DNA from: an uncultured Candidatus Saccharibacteria bacterium
Lineage (GTDB): Bacteria; Patescibacteriota; Minisyncoccia; Phycocordibacterales; CAIRYW01
Reading direction: 5' to 3'
NCBI GenBank assembly: GCA_964446625.1
Contig: CAYUPH010000006.1
Coordinates: 1 to 56,276, forward strand
DNA: 56,276 nt
Positions within the stretch are counted from its first letter, which is position 1. Every line of letters begins with the position of its first letter. This document shows, one piece after another, positions 17,856-27,132 of the stretch. The notes below the pieces were generated by a model. It made no database searches, was not told the origin of the DNA, and saw only the letters and a program-made list of their open reading frames with translations. The translations under genes were made by a program, and so were the position numbers.

Positions 17856-18422
17856 CTACGCTCTTTCTACATACTCACCTGTTTCAGTATTGATTCGGAG
17901 AACATCTCCTTCGTTCACGAAAATAGGTGCGTTTATAGTAGCTCCAGTTTCAAGAGTTACTACTTTGTTTCCTCCCTTTGCTGTGTCTCCCTTAATTGCT
18001 GGTGGAGCTTCTGTGACTTTAAGATCAACTTTTACAGGGAGCTTCACTCCGATAATCTTCTCATCAAAAAGGACAAGATCAATTATCATATTAGGCTTCA
18101 TGAATCGTCGGCCTTCTCCTAGGGTATCGTCCTCTATTTTAAATCGATCCGCTGGATTTGTTGGGCTACAGAACCACCACTCTCCCCTGTTTGCATACAG
18201 AAACTTTGCTTCTTTTTTCTCAAGCTCGGCTTCTTCTGCTTTGTCAGACTGGTGAAAAGTCATTTCAACCACTCGGCCAGAGATAAGGTTTTTTAGTTTG
18301 GTCTTGTTTTGAGGCTTTCGTTGCTGCATACGGAAAATATGCGCATCGATTACTTCGTATGGATCTCCATCAAGAACAATGTATTTTCTTGTGAGAATCT
18401 CGTTATATTCTAGGATTGCCAT
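17856..18422 (-). CDS. efp: Elongation factor P
   Basis: Colinear with EF-P: LDGDPYEVID...KLKNLISG...KGDTAKGGNKVVTLETGATINAPIFVNEGDVLRINTETGEYVERA. Confidence 0.93.
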   Translation of the reverse strand: MAILEYNEILTRKYIVLDGDPYEVIDAHIFRMQQRKPQNKTKLKNLISGRVVEMTFHQSDKAEEAELEKKEAKFLYANRGEWWFCSPTNPADRFKIEDDTLGEGRRFMKPNMIIDLVLFDEKIIGVKLPVKVDLKVTEAPPAIKGDTAKGGNKVVTLETGATINAPIFVNEGDVLRINTETGEYVERA

Positions 18423-18478
18423 GGGTTTAGATAAAACGATTGTAAATAATCTTTGATAATTATCTTATTCAAGAATTA

Positions 18479-18685
18479 TTATCGAGAAACGAAAGGCACA
18501 AGTGCCATAAATCTTGCTCGTTTGATAGCAAGGTCTAGTTTTCTCTGGTTCTTTGCAGACACACCTGTTCGCTTTCGTGAAAGAATTCGAGCATGTGGGT
18601 TAAGAAACTTCTTTAGAAGCTCTGTGTCTTTGTAGTCAATATGCTGGATATTGTTTTGCTTAAAGAAGCACTGTTTATTCATCAT
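18479..18685 (-). CDS. rpsR: 30S ribosomal protein S18
   Basis: [50 protein letters not shown]. Confidence 0.93.
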   Translation of the reverse strand: MMNKQCFFKQNNIQHIDYKDTELLKKFLNPHARILSRKRTGVSAKNQRKLDLAIKRARFMALVPFVSR

Positions 18686-18712
18686 GTTTTTGTATAAGTT
18701 TGTATTCCGTTT

Positions 18713-19165
18713 TTAAAATGGAATATCTTCAATGTTAATTTCTTCTTCTGGATACTGAATCTCATCGCTTGGCGCTGACTCAGTAGGTTTTGAGCTTCCT
18801 CCCGCATCCTCACGAGGCGCATAGTTTCCTGCTGGCGCACCGCTTGGACCAAATTGGAAGTTCTCTACAACAATCTCAGTTCGGTACTTTTTGTTTCCGT
18901 CCTTATCGTCCCATGACCGTGTTTGAAGTCGGCCTTCTAGGTAGATCGGTCTTCCTTTTTTCATATACTGGCTCACAAGCTCAGCCTGCTTTCCAAATAC
19001 GACAACGTTGTGGTATTCGACGCTTTCTTGTTTTCGCCCGTCTTTGTCCTTCCATGTTCGATTTGTTGCAACCGATAGGTTGGCAACCTGAATTCCCGAT
19101 GGAAGAGCTTTGACCTCCGGATCTCGAGTAAGATTTCCGTAAATTGTTGCTTTGTTTATGTACAT
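18713..19165 (-). CDS. ssb: Single-stranded DNA-binding protein
   Basis: NKATIYGNLTRDPEV, an OB fold, a Gly/Pro-rich linker and the acidic tip EEEINIEDIPF. Confidence 0.93.
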   Translation of the reverse strand: MYINKATIYGNLTRDPEVKALPSGIQVANLSVATNRTWKDKDGRKQESVEYHNVVVFGKQAELVSQYMKKGRPIYLEGRLQTRSWDDKDGNKKYRTEIVVENFQFGPSGAPAGNYAPREDAGGSSKPTESAPSDEIQYPEEEINIEDIPF

Positions 19166-19205
19166 AGCGAGTATTTAGTTAAATAAATAAGAGTAATCCT
19201 CTCTT

Positions 19206-19679
19206 TTATTCTACCACAAGCTCTTCAATAGCTTTGTCTACTTCGCCTTCATCTACGATTTCCTTCTTTTCTTCTCCCTCTTCTTTTTTGCCAGCCACTT
19301 TGTTCTTGTCGACAAATTTAGGAGCGTAAAGAGTATTTTCCTTTACAGTTTTGATAATAAGGAAACGAACAACGTTCGCTAGTTTTTCAACTTCCGCCTT
19401 TAGCTTTTCAGCAGCTTCTGGCTCAGCTTCAAACTTGACCCATCCAAAATACGCTTCGTTAAAAGTCCTCTTTACACCACCAATCACTTTTGAAAGTGAG
19501 TATGCAAGAGTACGAAGCCTTGGAAAGTCTTCTGAGACTACAACCGCTCCTAGACCATCTAGGATAGTTTTAATCTCACCAACCTCGCGAGAAACACCTT
19601 CGTCTCCCGCAATCGGAGCAATGTGAAAGCCTATTTCATAGACTCGCAAATTGTCCTGAGCTTCTGTTTTTTCAGACAT
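19206..19679 (-). CDS. rpsF: 30S ribosomal protein S6 (with acidic C-terminal extension)
   Basis: YEIGFHIAP..., position in the rpsF-ssb-rpsR operon, and RFLIIKT. Confidence 0.85.
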   Translation of the reverse strand: MSEKTEAQDNLRVYEIGFHIAPIAGDEGVSREVGEIKTILDGLGAVVVSEDFPRLRTLAYSLSKVIGGVKRTFNEAYFGWVKFEAEPEAAEKLKAEVEKLANVVRFLIIKTVKENTLYAPKFVDKNKVAGKKEEGEEKKEIVDEGEVDKAIEELVVE

Positions 19680-19774
19680 TCTTTTTATTTATAAACTAAT
19701 AATGCCCTCTATGGGCGCTGTCAATATATCATAGAGGAGGCGATTTGTGAAGCTCCCCTTTTGGTATTAAAAAA

Positions 19775-19799
19775 GCCCGTTTTCCTTCGGAAAACGGGC
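19775..19799 (-). terminator. Intrinsic terminator after tatD
   Basis: gcccgttttcc ttcg gaaaacgggc, followed by a U-run on the minus strand. Confidence 0.8.
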
Positions 19800-19809
19800 A
19801 GAACCTTCG

Positions 19810-20634
19810 TTATATTTTCCACAATCGTTTACTGTTTTGGAGAATCATCTCCGAAAACTCTTCTACCCCTACTCCTTTGATCTCTGCCATCTTTTTTACA
19901 ACCTCTATGACATAAGCTGGCTCACACCTTTTTCCTCGAAAAGGAACGGGGGCTACATATGGTGAGTCGGTTTCCGAGAGAAGTCTGTCTAGAGGGACGG
20001 CCTCCACTAACTCTTTGTACTGCGCCGCAAAAGTTACGACTCCCGTAAACGAAATATGAAAACCCAAATCCAAAAACTCTTTTACATCTTCTAGTGTTCC
20101 CGCAAAAAAATGCGCCTCACCTTCTTTCGCGCCAAGTTCTTTTAAAACACGAAGAGACTCTGCGTATGCGCTTTTCTCATTTCCACTTCGCATATGGAGC
20201 ATAAGGGGCTTTCCTAGTTCAAGTGCAAGCTCGACTTGTCCTCGAAATGCTTTTTCTTGTTTTTCTTCTAAGTCGGGGCTTAGTCTATAAAAATCAAAAC
20301 CACACTCGCCGATACCGACACACTTCGGACTTCCCGCAAGTTTTCTGTAATACTCCTTATCAAATTCCTCTCCGCTTGATTTAAATCCTGGCGTCTCCTG
20401 CCCTATCTCTTCTTCATCATGAAAACTTTCTGTTGTATGAATCGGGTGAAGCCCAACGATTGCCCATAGATTGTCATATTTTTCTGCCAGTTCAACCGCT
20501 TTAGCAGATGTTGCTTTGTTTGTGCCAACAAGTATCGCTCCCACTTCTGCTTCCCGCATGCGCCTCAAAACTTCTTCAAGATCATTCTCAAAGATTTTAA
20601 AATTGAGGTGTGCGTGGTTGTCTATGTATTTCAT
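19810..20634 (-). CDS. tatD: TatD-family metal-dependent hydrolase/DNase
   Basis: YIDNHAHLNF, GLHP, GECGFDFYR, LMLHMRS, ETDSPYVAP. Confidence 0.9.
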   Translation of the reverse strand: MKYIDNHAHLNFKIFENDLEEVLRRMREAEVGAILVGTNKATSAKAVELAEKYDNLWAIVGLHPIHTTESFHDEEEIGQETPGFKSSGEEFDKEYYRKLAGSPKCVGIGECGFDFYRLSPDLEEKQEKAFRGQVELALELGKPLMLHMRSGNEKSAYAESLRVLKELGAKEGEAHFFAGTLEDVKEFLDLGFHISFTGVVTFAAQYKELVEAVPLDRLLSETDSPYVAPVPFRGKRCEPAYVIEVVKKMAEIKGVGVEEFSEMILQNSKRLWKI

Positions 20635-22077
20635 TTATTTCCGGAGAAAAAGAGGAGTTTCAGGAGACTTGTTTTCACTTACACATTTCAAAATCTTTTG
20701 ACTCGTTTCTGGAAGAAATGGTGAGAGCATGTTTCCAATCCCTCCAAGTCTTTTTACTAAGGACTTAATCAGCTCAACTGCTTTTTCTTTATCTGTATTT
20801 ACAAGTTTAAAAGGTTCTTCTGTTTGAATTGTCTTATCCAAGCTTCCAATCTCATTCCAAATTTCGTGCATTGCTCTTTGGAAATCATAGTTTTCTTTTG
20901 CACTTTTTAGCGCATTGTTTTCACCCACCGAAAAATCCTCTACTTTTTCTGTCAGGTTCTGCTCGGCCATTTTCATAATTCTGCTCGTCAGGTTTCCAAT
21001 TCCGTTTGCAAGGTTTGCATTGTAGCTCTCGAGAAGCTTTTCTCTTGAAACAGCAGTATCCTCAAACGGGTGAAAATCTCGAAGCACAAAATACCTAAGA
21101 GCATCAGTGCCGTACTCTTCTACAATCTCTAGTGGGTCAATTGTGTTTCCAAGTGTTTTTGACATTTTGATTCCTCCTTCACCAAGAATAAATCCATCAA
21201 CTACAATCTTGTGTGTATACGGAAGACCTGCGGCCTTAAGCATTGCTTGCCACATTACACCCTGAAAACGAGTGTTGTTTTTGCCGCAGTATTGAGTAGC
21301 TGTTCCCTCCTGCCAAAACTTTTTAAAAGTTTCCTCGTCCTCAGGCCAGCCAAGAGTTGATATGTAGTTTACTAGAGCGTCAAACCACACATACATAACA
21401 TGATCTTCGTCTCCTGGAACGGGAATACCCCAGCTCATTTTGCTTTTGAGGCGAGAAATAGAAAAGTCCTGGAGTCCACGCTTTATAAACTCTCGCATTT
21501 CATTCATCCGATAGCATGGAACAATAAACTCTGGGTTTTCTTCGTAGAATTTTAGAAGTATGTCACTGAAAGCTGAAAATTTAAAAAAGTAATTTTCTTC
21601 TTTTATAATTTCTGGCACCCTGTCGTGTTCAGGACATTTTCCGTCTACTAGCTCTGAGTCAGTTTTTTCTTCTTCGCACCCAACACAATACTTTGCTTCG
21701 TAATTTTTTTTGTAAATATAACCATTCTCGTTACATCTTTTCCAAAACTCCCCTGCAGCTTTTGTGTGGTGCGGGTCTGTTGTACGAATATAGTGTATTC
21801 CCTCCCCTTCTTTTAAAACACCAAATTTCTCAAGGGTTTTTTTATAGAGGTCTGCATAGTAGTCTACATATTCCTGTACCTCTTTTCCTGCTTTTTTTGC
21901 CGACTCTGCAATCTTTGCACCATGCTCGTCTGTACCAGTATTAAAGAAAACATCAAAACCCTCTTCTTTTTTTATTCGAGCCAGGGCGTCTGCACGAATT
22001 ATTTCCACTGCGTGTCCGAGGTGAAGTGGCGCATTTACATACGGAAGAGTAGTTGTAAGGTAAAAAGGTTTTTTCAT
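20635..22077 (-). CDS. metG: Methionine--tRNA ligase (short form)
   Basis: PYVNAPLHLGHAVE (HIGH), a CxxC...C knuckle, KMSKTLGN (KMSKS). Confidence 0.95.
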   Translation of the reverse strand: MKKPFYLTTTLPYVNAPLHLGHAVEIIRADALARIKKEEGFDVFFNTGTDEHGAKIAESAKKAGKEVQEYVDYYADLYKKTLEKFGVLKEGEGIHYIRTTDPHHTKAAGEFWKRCNENGYIYKKNYEAKYCVGCEEEKTDSELVDGKCPEHDRVPEIIKEENYFFKFSAFSDILLKFYEENPEFIVPCYRMNEMREFIKRGLQDFSISRLKSKMSWGIPVPGDEDHVMYVWFDALVNYISTLGWPEDEETFKKFWQEGTATQYCGKNNTRFQGVMWQAMLKAAGLPYTHKIVVDGFILGEGGIKMSKTLGNTIDPLEIVEEYGTDALRYFVLRDFHPFEDTAVSREKLLESYNANLANGIGNLTSRIMKMAEQNLTEKVEDFSVGENNALKSAKENYDFQRAMHEIWNEIGSLDKTIQTEEPFKLVNTDKEKAVELIKSLVKRLGGIGNMLSPFLPETSQKILKCVSENKSPETPLFLRK

Positions 22078-22079
22078 AT

Positions 22080-23132
22080 TTAGTTTAAATTTCTAAGACT
22101 TTCTTTTTGTTTATCCAGGTCGTCCATCAATTCTACCAAAAGCACAGAAACTGGCACAGAGAGAATTACTCCCAGAACTCCTGCAAGTTTTGCTCCGACA
22201 ACAATTGCAATGATCACAATAAGAGGCGAAATACCAACAATTTTCTTTACAACCGCGGGGTAAAGAAGATGGTTTTCTAATTGCTGAACAATAATGTACC
22301 AAAGAGTTACTACAAGTGCGAGCCCAACTCCCTTGTCGAGGAGAGTAAGTGCAATTCCAGGAAGCGCCGAGAGTACCGGCCCAAAAACAGGAATGAGCTC
22401 GAAAACTGCTGCAAGAATTCCAAGTACAAGAGCGTGTTTGATTTTAAAAATCGCAAGTACTGCATACACCAAAAAACCGACAACAACCGCAAGAAGGATT
22501 TGCCCTTGCATCCATGCACCGATTTTTGCCTTTGTTCTCGCCCAAAGACCAATTACATATTTTTCGTACCGAAGCGGAGTCACGATTCGCAAAAAATGTT
22601 CAATACCATTTTCGCTTGCAGAAAAATAAAACGAAAGAACAAAAATCAAAATAACAGATAGAATTCCCCCACCAATTGAACGAGCAGAATTGAAAACACT
22701 TCCCCCACCTACTTCACTAAAGAATTGTGTTTGACCAACCTGCGCTGCAAGTTGTTTTAAAATCGGCACGTACCCTTCGAGCAAACTTTGATTAAGGAGT
22801 GGAATAATTGTGTTTACTTCTTTTGCATAAGTAGGAATATTTTCAATCACAGCAGAAACATCTCCTAAAATGATTGGGATAAGAAAAAGAAACAGTCCTC
22901 CAAAAAGGCTTGCTGTCAAAAAGAAAATTATAATCGCTGCAAGAAGCCGTGGCACTCTTCGTCTTTGAAACCAAGAAATAAATGGTTCAATAGAAGACGC
23001 AAGAACAATCGAAGTACACACTACGAGAACAATATCGAGGAGTTTGTAAAGCAAAATCGCAACACCAATTGCAACGAGTGTTTTAAGGATGGCAGAAAGA
23101 CTGATTGATATTGTTTTGTTGGGTTCTTTCAT
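22080..23132 (-). CDS. AI-2E family transporter (PerM/YhhT-like permease)
   Basis: 8-TM profile, with ELIPVFGPVLSALP and LENHLLYPAVV motifs typical of the family. Confidence 0.85.
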   Translation of the reverse strand: MKEPNKTISISLSAILKTLVAIGVAILLYKLLDIVLVVCTSIVLASSIEPFISWFQRRRVPRLLAAIIIFFLTASLFGGLFLFLIPIILGDVSAVIENIPTYAKEVNTIIPLLNQSLLEGYVPILKQLAAQVGQTQFFSEVGGGSVFNSARSIGGGILSVILIFVLSFYFSASENGIEHFLRIVTPLRYEKYVIGLWARTKAKIGAWMQGQILLAVVVGFLVYAVLAIFKIKHALVLGILAAVFELIPVFGPVLSALPGIALTLLDKGVGLALVVTLWYIIVQQLENHLLYPAVVKKIVGISPLIVIIAIVVGAKLAGVLGVILSVPVSVLLVELMDDLDKQKESLRNLN

Positions 23133-23170
23133 AAAGAGAGAATATCAGAAAAAACCCTAAAAGGTAAGAC

Positions 23171-24439
23171 CTAAATTTTAAGAAATCCCTTGAATTTTGC
23201 CTCATCTTTAAAGGGACCCACAACCGCTAGGTTAAGTGTCTCGTTTTTAAAGATTTTTGATGCCATTTTGAGGACATCTTTTGCTGTTACCTTTCGAATC
23301 TCCTTCTCCTTCTCTTCAGGAGTCTTGATTTTTCGCCCCATAAGGTCTTGGAAGGCATAGAAATCCGCATAAGAGTCAGATGTTTCAAGCGAGAGGTACA
23401 TGTTGCCCACAAGAAGCTCCTTTGCCTTTTCAAGCTCTTCCTTTGAGACTTCTTCACTCTTAATCCTCTTCACTTCCTCTAGGATTGCAGAAAGCCCCTC
23501 CTCTACCCTGTCTTTTGATAAACCAGAAGAGATTGAAAAGTATCCCCGGTCAAGGTATGTACTGTTTCCAGAACGAACATAGTAGCAAATACCCATTTCG
23601 TCCCGAAGTCTCTTAAAGAGCCTCGAGCTCATACCGTGCCCAAGCACCGCTTCGAGTACTTTTATTTTTACATTGTCCGCAAAGGAAATTGGAAAAGTCC
23701 TAAACCCAAGCGAGATGTGTGCTTGATCTGTCTCTTTTGTATGTACTTTTACTGCAGGAGTTTTCTGAGATTCTTTTGTTTTTTCTTTTCCTTCTTTTTT
23801 TGACTTACTAATTCCTTTAAAAGCGTTTTCAATTTCTTTGATTGCTTTTTTCTCATTAAATGCACCAGAGACAACAACAATCGTTCCTTTCGCAACATAG
23901 TGTTTCTTTCGGTATTCGACAATTTGTTCCCGAGTGATACCGCGCACCACTTTCTCATTTCCAATTATTGGACGCCCTGCTGGCTGGTCTCCGTAGAGTA
24001 GTCCCTCAAAAACCTCGCCCACTTTTACATGTGGCATGTCTTCATACATTTTCATTTCTTCAATCACCACACCTTTTTCTCGTTCCATCGCGTCCGGTGA
24101 AATTGTCGGGTGAAGATAAATATCAGAGACTATGTCTATTAGTTTTGAAATATTTTTCTTGTGCGCTTTTGCCCAGTATCCTGTGTACTCTTCTCCGGTA
24201 AAAGCGTTTGACTGCGCTCCGAGACTGTCGAGTTCCCGAGAGATTTGTCCAGTAAGTGGACGACTTTCTGTTCCCTGGAAACACATATGTTCTAGAAAAT
24301 GTGAGAGGCCATTAATTTCTTTTGGCTCATAGTCACTTCCACATGAGACCAAAACCATGACAGTAACCGCTTCGGTACCCTTTACAGGAACTGTAATAAT
24401 TCGAAGACCGTTTTTGAGAGTTGTTTTTTTGTATTGCAT
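23171..24439 (-). CDS. M16-family zinc peptidase (pitrilysin-like)
   Basis: Inverted zinc motif in GLSHFLEHMCFQGT (HxxEH) and a downstream E in VVIEEM. Confidence 0.9.
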   Translation of the reverse strand: MQYKKTTLKNGLRIITVPVKGTEAVTVMVLVSCGSDYEPKEINGLSHFLEHMCFQGTESRPLTGQISRELDSLGAQSNAFTGEEYTGYWAKAHKKNISKLIDIVSDIYLHPTISPDAMEREKGVVIEEMKMYEDMPHVKVGEVFEGLLYGDQPAGRPIIGNEKVVRGITREQIVEYRKKHYVAKGTIVVVSGAFNEKKAIKEIENAFKGISKSKKEGKEKTKESQKTPAVKVHTKETDQAHISLGFRTFPISFADNVKIKVLEAVLGHGMSSRLFKRLRDEMGICYYVRSGNSTYLDRGYFSISSGLSKDRVEEGLSAILEEVKRIKSEEVSKEELEKAKELLVGNMYLSLETSDSYADFYAFQDLMGRKIKTPEEKEKEIRKVTAKDVLKMASKIFKNETLNLAVVGPFKDEAKFKGFLKI

Positions 24440-24464
24440 AGGTCGATTTTAGCAGATTTTTCCA

Positions 24465-24493
24465 AATAAAAAAACGAGCCCTAGTAAGGCTCG
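24465..24493 (-). terminator. Intrinsic terminator (stop codon of the 24481 ORF sits in its loop)
   Basis: cgagcc ctagtaa ggctcg, with a 10-nt A run on the plus strand (a U run on the minus strand). Confidence 0.7.
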
Positions 24494-24930
24494 CCAGGGG
24501 TGAGAACAAATACTCTCCCTCTTAGCTTTGGTGCCTGAAAATGGACACCAAGCGACACTGATTCTCCAGGCAGACCCTCAATTACCCCGTAAGCAGTGCC
24601 CCGCTTTCCTTTATAGTCCCAAGTTGGAAGTAAGCACAGACCTTTCCCTTCTTCACTCGGACCACTCCAGTTGTAAAGCACCCAAAGAAGAAGAGCTGGG
24701 TCCCACCTTCTCGAGGGTAATTTGCGAAAGAGTTTTTGAATGGTTGAAAAACACCCAAGCTCTTTGCAAAAAACTGAAAATTTTACTGGCCCTTGAGGTG
24801 GGTGAAAAAGAGAAGCGTTAAAAAGATTAAGTGCACCCCAGTGCACTATAACTCTTTTCTTGTTTGACTGTGGTGAGCTGTGGAGAATATAATTTTCTTG
24901 CCCCTCATTGGTTGTGAAAAATATACTCAT
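24481..24930 (-). CDS. Hypothetical 149-aa protein of atypical composition (Trp/Gly/Pro-rich); coding status not certain
   Basis: The ORF runs exactly from a TGCTATAAT promoter (9 nt upstream of the ATG) to the terminator. GGG Gly codons are over-used relative to neighbours. I recognise no family. Confidence 0.45.
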   Translation of the reverse strand: MSIFFTTNEGQENYILHSSPQSNKKRVIVHWGALNLFNASLFHPPQGPVKFSVFCKELGCFSTIQKLFRKLPSRRWDPALLLWVLYNWSGPSEEGKGLCLLPTWDYKGKRGTAYGVIEGLPGESVSLGVHFQAPKLRGRVFVLTPGEPY

Positions 24931-24939
24931 ACTAAAGCG

Positions 24940-24948
24940 ATTATAGCA
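24940..24948 (-). promoter_or_regulatory. Extended -10 promoter (TGCTATAAT) 9 nt upstream of ATG 24930
   Basis: Minus strand reads tgctataat-cgctttagt-ATG. Confidence 0.5.
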
Positions 24949-25008
24949 CCACAAGAATAAAATAAAACCTGATAAGGAATTATTTTACAAAAAGACAAAT
25001 TCTTCAAG

Positions 25009-25044
25009 TGTTAACAAATTCTGCTATCGCTAAGTTTGTTAACA
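25009..25044. promoter_or_regulatory. 10-bp perfect inverted repeat with 16-nt spacer, candidate operator
   Basis: tgttaacaaa (25009-25018) and tttgttaaca (25035-25044). Each arm contains the palindrome gttaac. It lies ~65-100 nt upstream of the 24940 promoter. Confidence 0.3.
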
Positions 25045-25094
25045 TTGCTTTGGTAAAAAGTTTTTGAGGTAAGGGTTTGAAAAAAAGGTAACAC

Positions 25095-25123
25095 AAAACC
25101 CGAGCGCGGAGCGCTCGGGTTTT
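25095..25123 (-). terminator. Intrinsic terminator after the 25225 ORF
   Basis: aaaacccgagcgc gga gcgctcgggtttt. Confidence 0.75.
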
Positions 25124-25224
25124 CTCCCAAAAAGACAACTAATTGCGTTCTTGGGTTTTGGATGACTGCCGGTCATCCTGCGGTGAACTCTTTTTTAGTG
25201 AGAGTTCGAAAACACTCAACTTCT

Positions 25225-25698
25225 TCACTGCCCTGGGCGCGGTAGATTGGGCAGTCTCGGATTTTTAGGATAAGTGCCTGGAGGGGCGATTGGCCCTCCA
25301 TTAGCAGCCCTGCGAATCCGATCGCAGTAGGGTTTAACTATCTCCCTTTTCTGACCCGGCAACTTTATCACTCCTCTGAGTAAGAGAATAGTGCAGATAA
25401 AGAAGCAAGGCACTGCTCCAACCAGGATTCCTTGGAGAGACTGCAGATTTGTATCTCCTGTCACCGTAAAGTGAGTCAGGAGAGTTAGCTTGCTGGGGGT
25501 CTTGGAATATTCCGCCCAACCCGTGAATACTCCGCAAGGAATAAGCAGAAGACTGACCGAGAGCAATGCCCCTAGTGCAGAAAACACCATTCCAACCCTC
25601 TGAATGACCTTCAGCCAGTCGAAAACGAAGCTGAAGAGGAAGCCAAGGGAGACGACGGCTGCAAGAGCCGCCCCAATAAGAAGAAGATCAATTTCCAT
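25225..25698 (-). CDS. Hypothetical membrane protein (3-4 TM, Pro/Arg-rich tail), GC-rich relative to surroundings
   Basis: Hydrophobic segments LLLIGAALAAVVSLGFLFSFVF, MVFSALGALLSVSLLLIPCGVF and ILVGAVPCFFICTILLL. The sequence is visibly richer in G+C than the flanking genes. Confidence 0.6.
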   Translation of the reverse strand: MEIDLLLIGAALAAVVSLGFLFSFVFDWLKVIQRVGMVFSALGALLSVSLLLIPCGVFTGWAEYSKTPSKLTLLTHFTVTGDTNLQSLQGILVGAVPCFFICTILLLRGVIKLPGQKREIVKPYCDRIRRAANGGPIAPPGTYPKNPRLPNLPRPGQ

Positions 25699-25733
25699 AT
25701 GAATGGACCTATGTCCTCTATAATACTACCACA

Positions 25734-27095
25734 CTAGACAGTGTTTGTCAATTCCTCTATTTGTACTCTTTTTTGCTCACCTGTATCCCTGTCCCGCACG
25801 GTAACAGTACCGTTTTCGAGCGTATCGAAATCAATCGTCACGCAAAAAGGTGTTCCGATTTCATCTTGTCTCCTGTACCTTTTTCCAATAGTTCCCGCTT
25901 CGTCAAAAAGCACATTTCCAAACTCTTTTTTTAGAACTCCAAAGACTTCCCTTGCCTTCGCAACAAGCTCTGGCCGGTTTTTAAGTAGAGGCAAAACAGC
26001 AACACGAACTGGTGCAACATTTTTGTGGAGCTTTAGGAAAACTCTCGGTTCCTCCCCCATTTCGTCTTCTGTGTACGCGTCCGAGAGAACCGCAAGAAGT
26101 GTTCTTCCTACTCCAAAAGACGGTTCGATCACGTGTGGAACAAACCTCTCTTTTGTTTCTTCATCAAAATACGACAAATCTACTTTTGAAGCTTCAGAGT
26201 GAGCCTTCAGGTCAAAATCTGTTCGGTATGCAAGACCGTAAAGCTCTTTTTTTCCAAAAGGAAAATCAAACTCGAAATCTATTGTTCTCTTTGAGTAATG
26301 CGCCCTGTCTTCTGGTGCTACTTCGAGCTCATGTACGGCACTTTCAGCAAGTCCAATGTCATCTTTTATAAAAGACCACATTTCTGTACGAAACTCTTCG
26401 AATTTCGCTTCCCAGTCTTTTTGATTTACAAAATACTCTATTTCCATTTGTTCAAGTTCACGCACACGGAAAATAAAATCTCGAGGTGCAATTTCGTTTC
26501 GGAATGCTTTTCCAATTTGTGCCATACCAAAAGGAAGTTTTGGATGAATCGAATCCATAATGTTTTTAAAGTTTACAAACATTCCTCCCGCAGTTTCTGG
26601 TCGAAGGTAAGAAACAGAAGAGTCGTCCTCGATTGCTCCAATATGAGTCTTGAGCATCATATTGAATTGTCTTACATCTCCAAGAGGGTTTCCTTCGGGA
26701 CTTTTTATTTGCTTTTCTTTGATTAGTTTATCCATCTCAGAAAGTGACATTCCTTTTGGGTCAGTGCCCGCTTCTTCTAGAAGGTGGTCAGCTCGGTATC
26801 TTTTTTTAGTTTTAAGGTCTTCAACAAGAGGATCAGAAAAGCCTGCGACGTGTCCAGACGCTTTCCATACATTTTGATTCATAAGGATTGCAGCGTCCAT
26901 GCCGTACATGTCTTCTCGCGAAAGAACAAATCTCTTCCACCAGAGGTTTTCTATATTTTTCTTTAGCGCAACACCAAGAGGTCCGTAATCCCATGTACCA
27001 GCGAGCCCTCCGTAAATTTCAGATCCTTGAAAGATAAATCCTCGCCTTTTACAAAGCGAAATGATTTTCTCCATTTTGTTGTCCTTTTGTTCCAT
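25734..27095 (-). CDS. glyQS: Glycine--tRNA ligase (class II, homodimeric GlyQS type)
   Basis: RGFIFQGSEIYGGLAGTWDYGPLG, LRPETAGGMFVNF, QIGKAFRNEIAPR, EPSFGVGRT. TGATAATAT lies 6 nt upstream of the ATG at 27095. Confidence 0.95.
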   Translation of the reverse strand: MEQKDNKMEKIISLCKRRGFIFQGSEIYGGLAGTWDYGPLGVALKKNIENLWWKRFVLSREDMYGMDAAILMNQNVWKASGHVAGFSDPLVEDLKTKKRYRADHLLEEAGTDPKGMSLSEMDKLIKEKQIKSPEGNPLGDVRQFNMMLKTHIGAIEDDSSVSYLRPETAGGMFVNFKNIMDSIHPKLPFGMAQIGKAFRNEIAPRDFIFRVRELEQMEIEYFVNQKDWEAKFEEFRTEMWSFIKDDIGLAESAVHELEVAPEDRAHYSKRTIDFEFDFPFGKKELYGLAYRTDFDLKAHSEASKVDLSYFDEETKERFVPHVIEPSFGVGRTLLAVLSDAYTEDEMGEEPRVFLKLHKNVAPVRVAVLPLLKNRPELVAKAREVFGVLKKEFGNVLFDEAGTIGKRYRRQDEIGTPFCVTIDFDTLENGTVTVRDRDTGEQKRVQIEELTNTV

Positions 27096-27132
27096 AGGGC
27101 TATATTATCAGCCTTTAGAAAAAATACCAAAA

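Noticed and set aside
24465-24960. RNase P RNA or tmRNA on the minus strand (GGGAAAGGUCUGUGC resembles the GGAAAGUCCGGGC P4 strand; GCUUAC lies nearby).
   Set aside because: The two P4-like strands are only ~60 nt apart instead of ~250-300. No GGUAAGAGCGCACC-type or ACAGAA elements are present, and there is no tRNA-like 3' end for tmRNA. A full-length ORF spans exactly from promoter to terminator. It is kept as a hypothetical CDS with a caveat.
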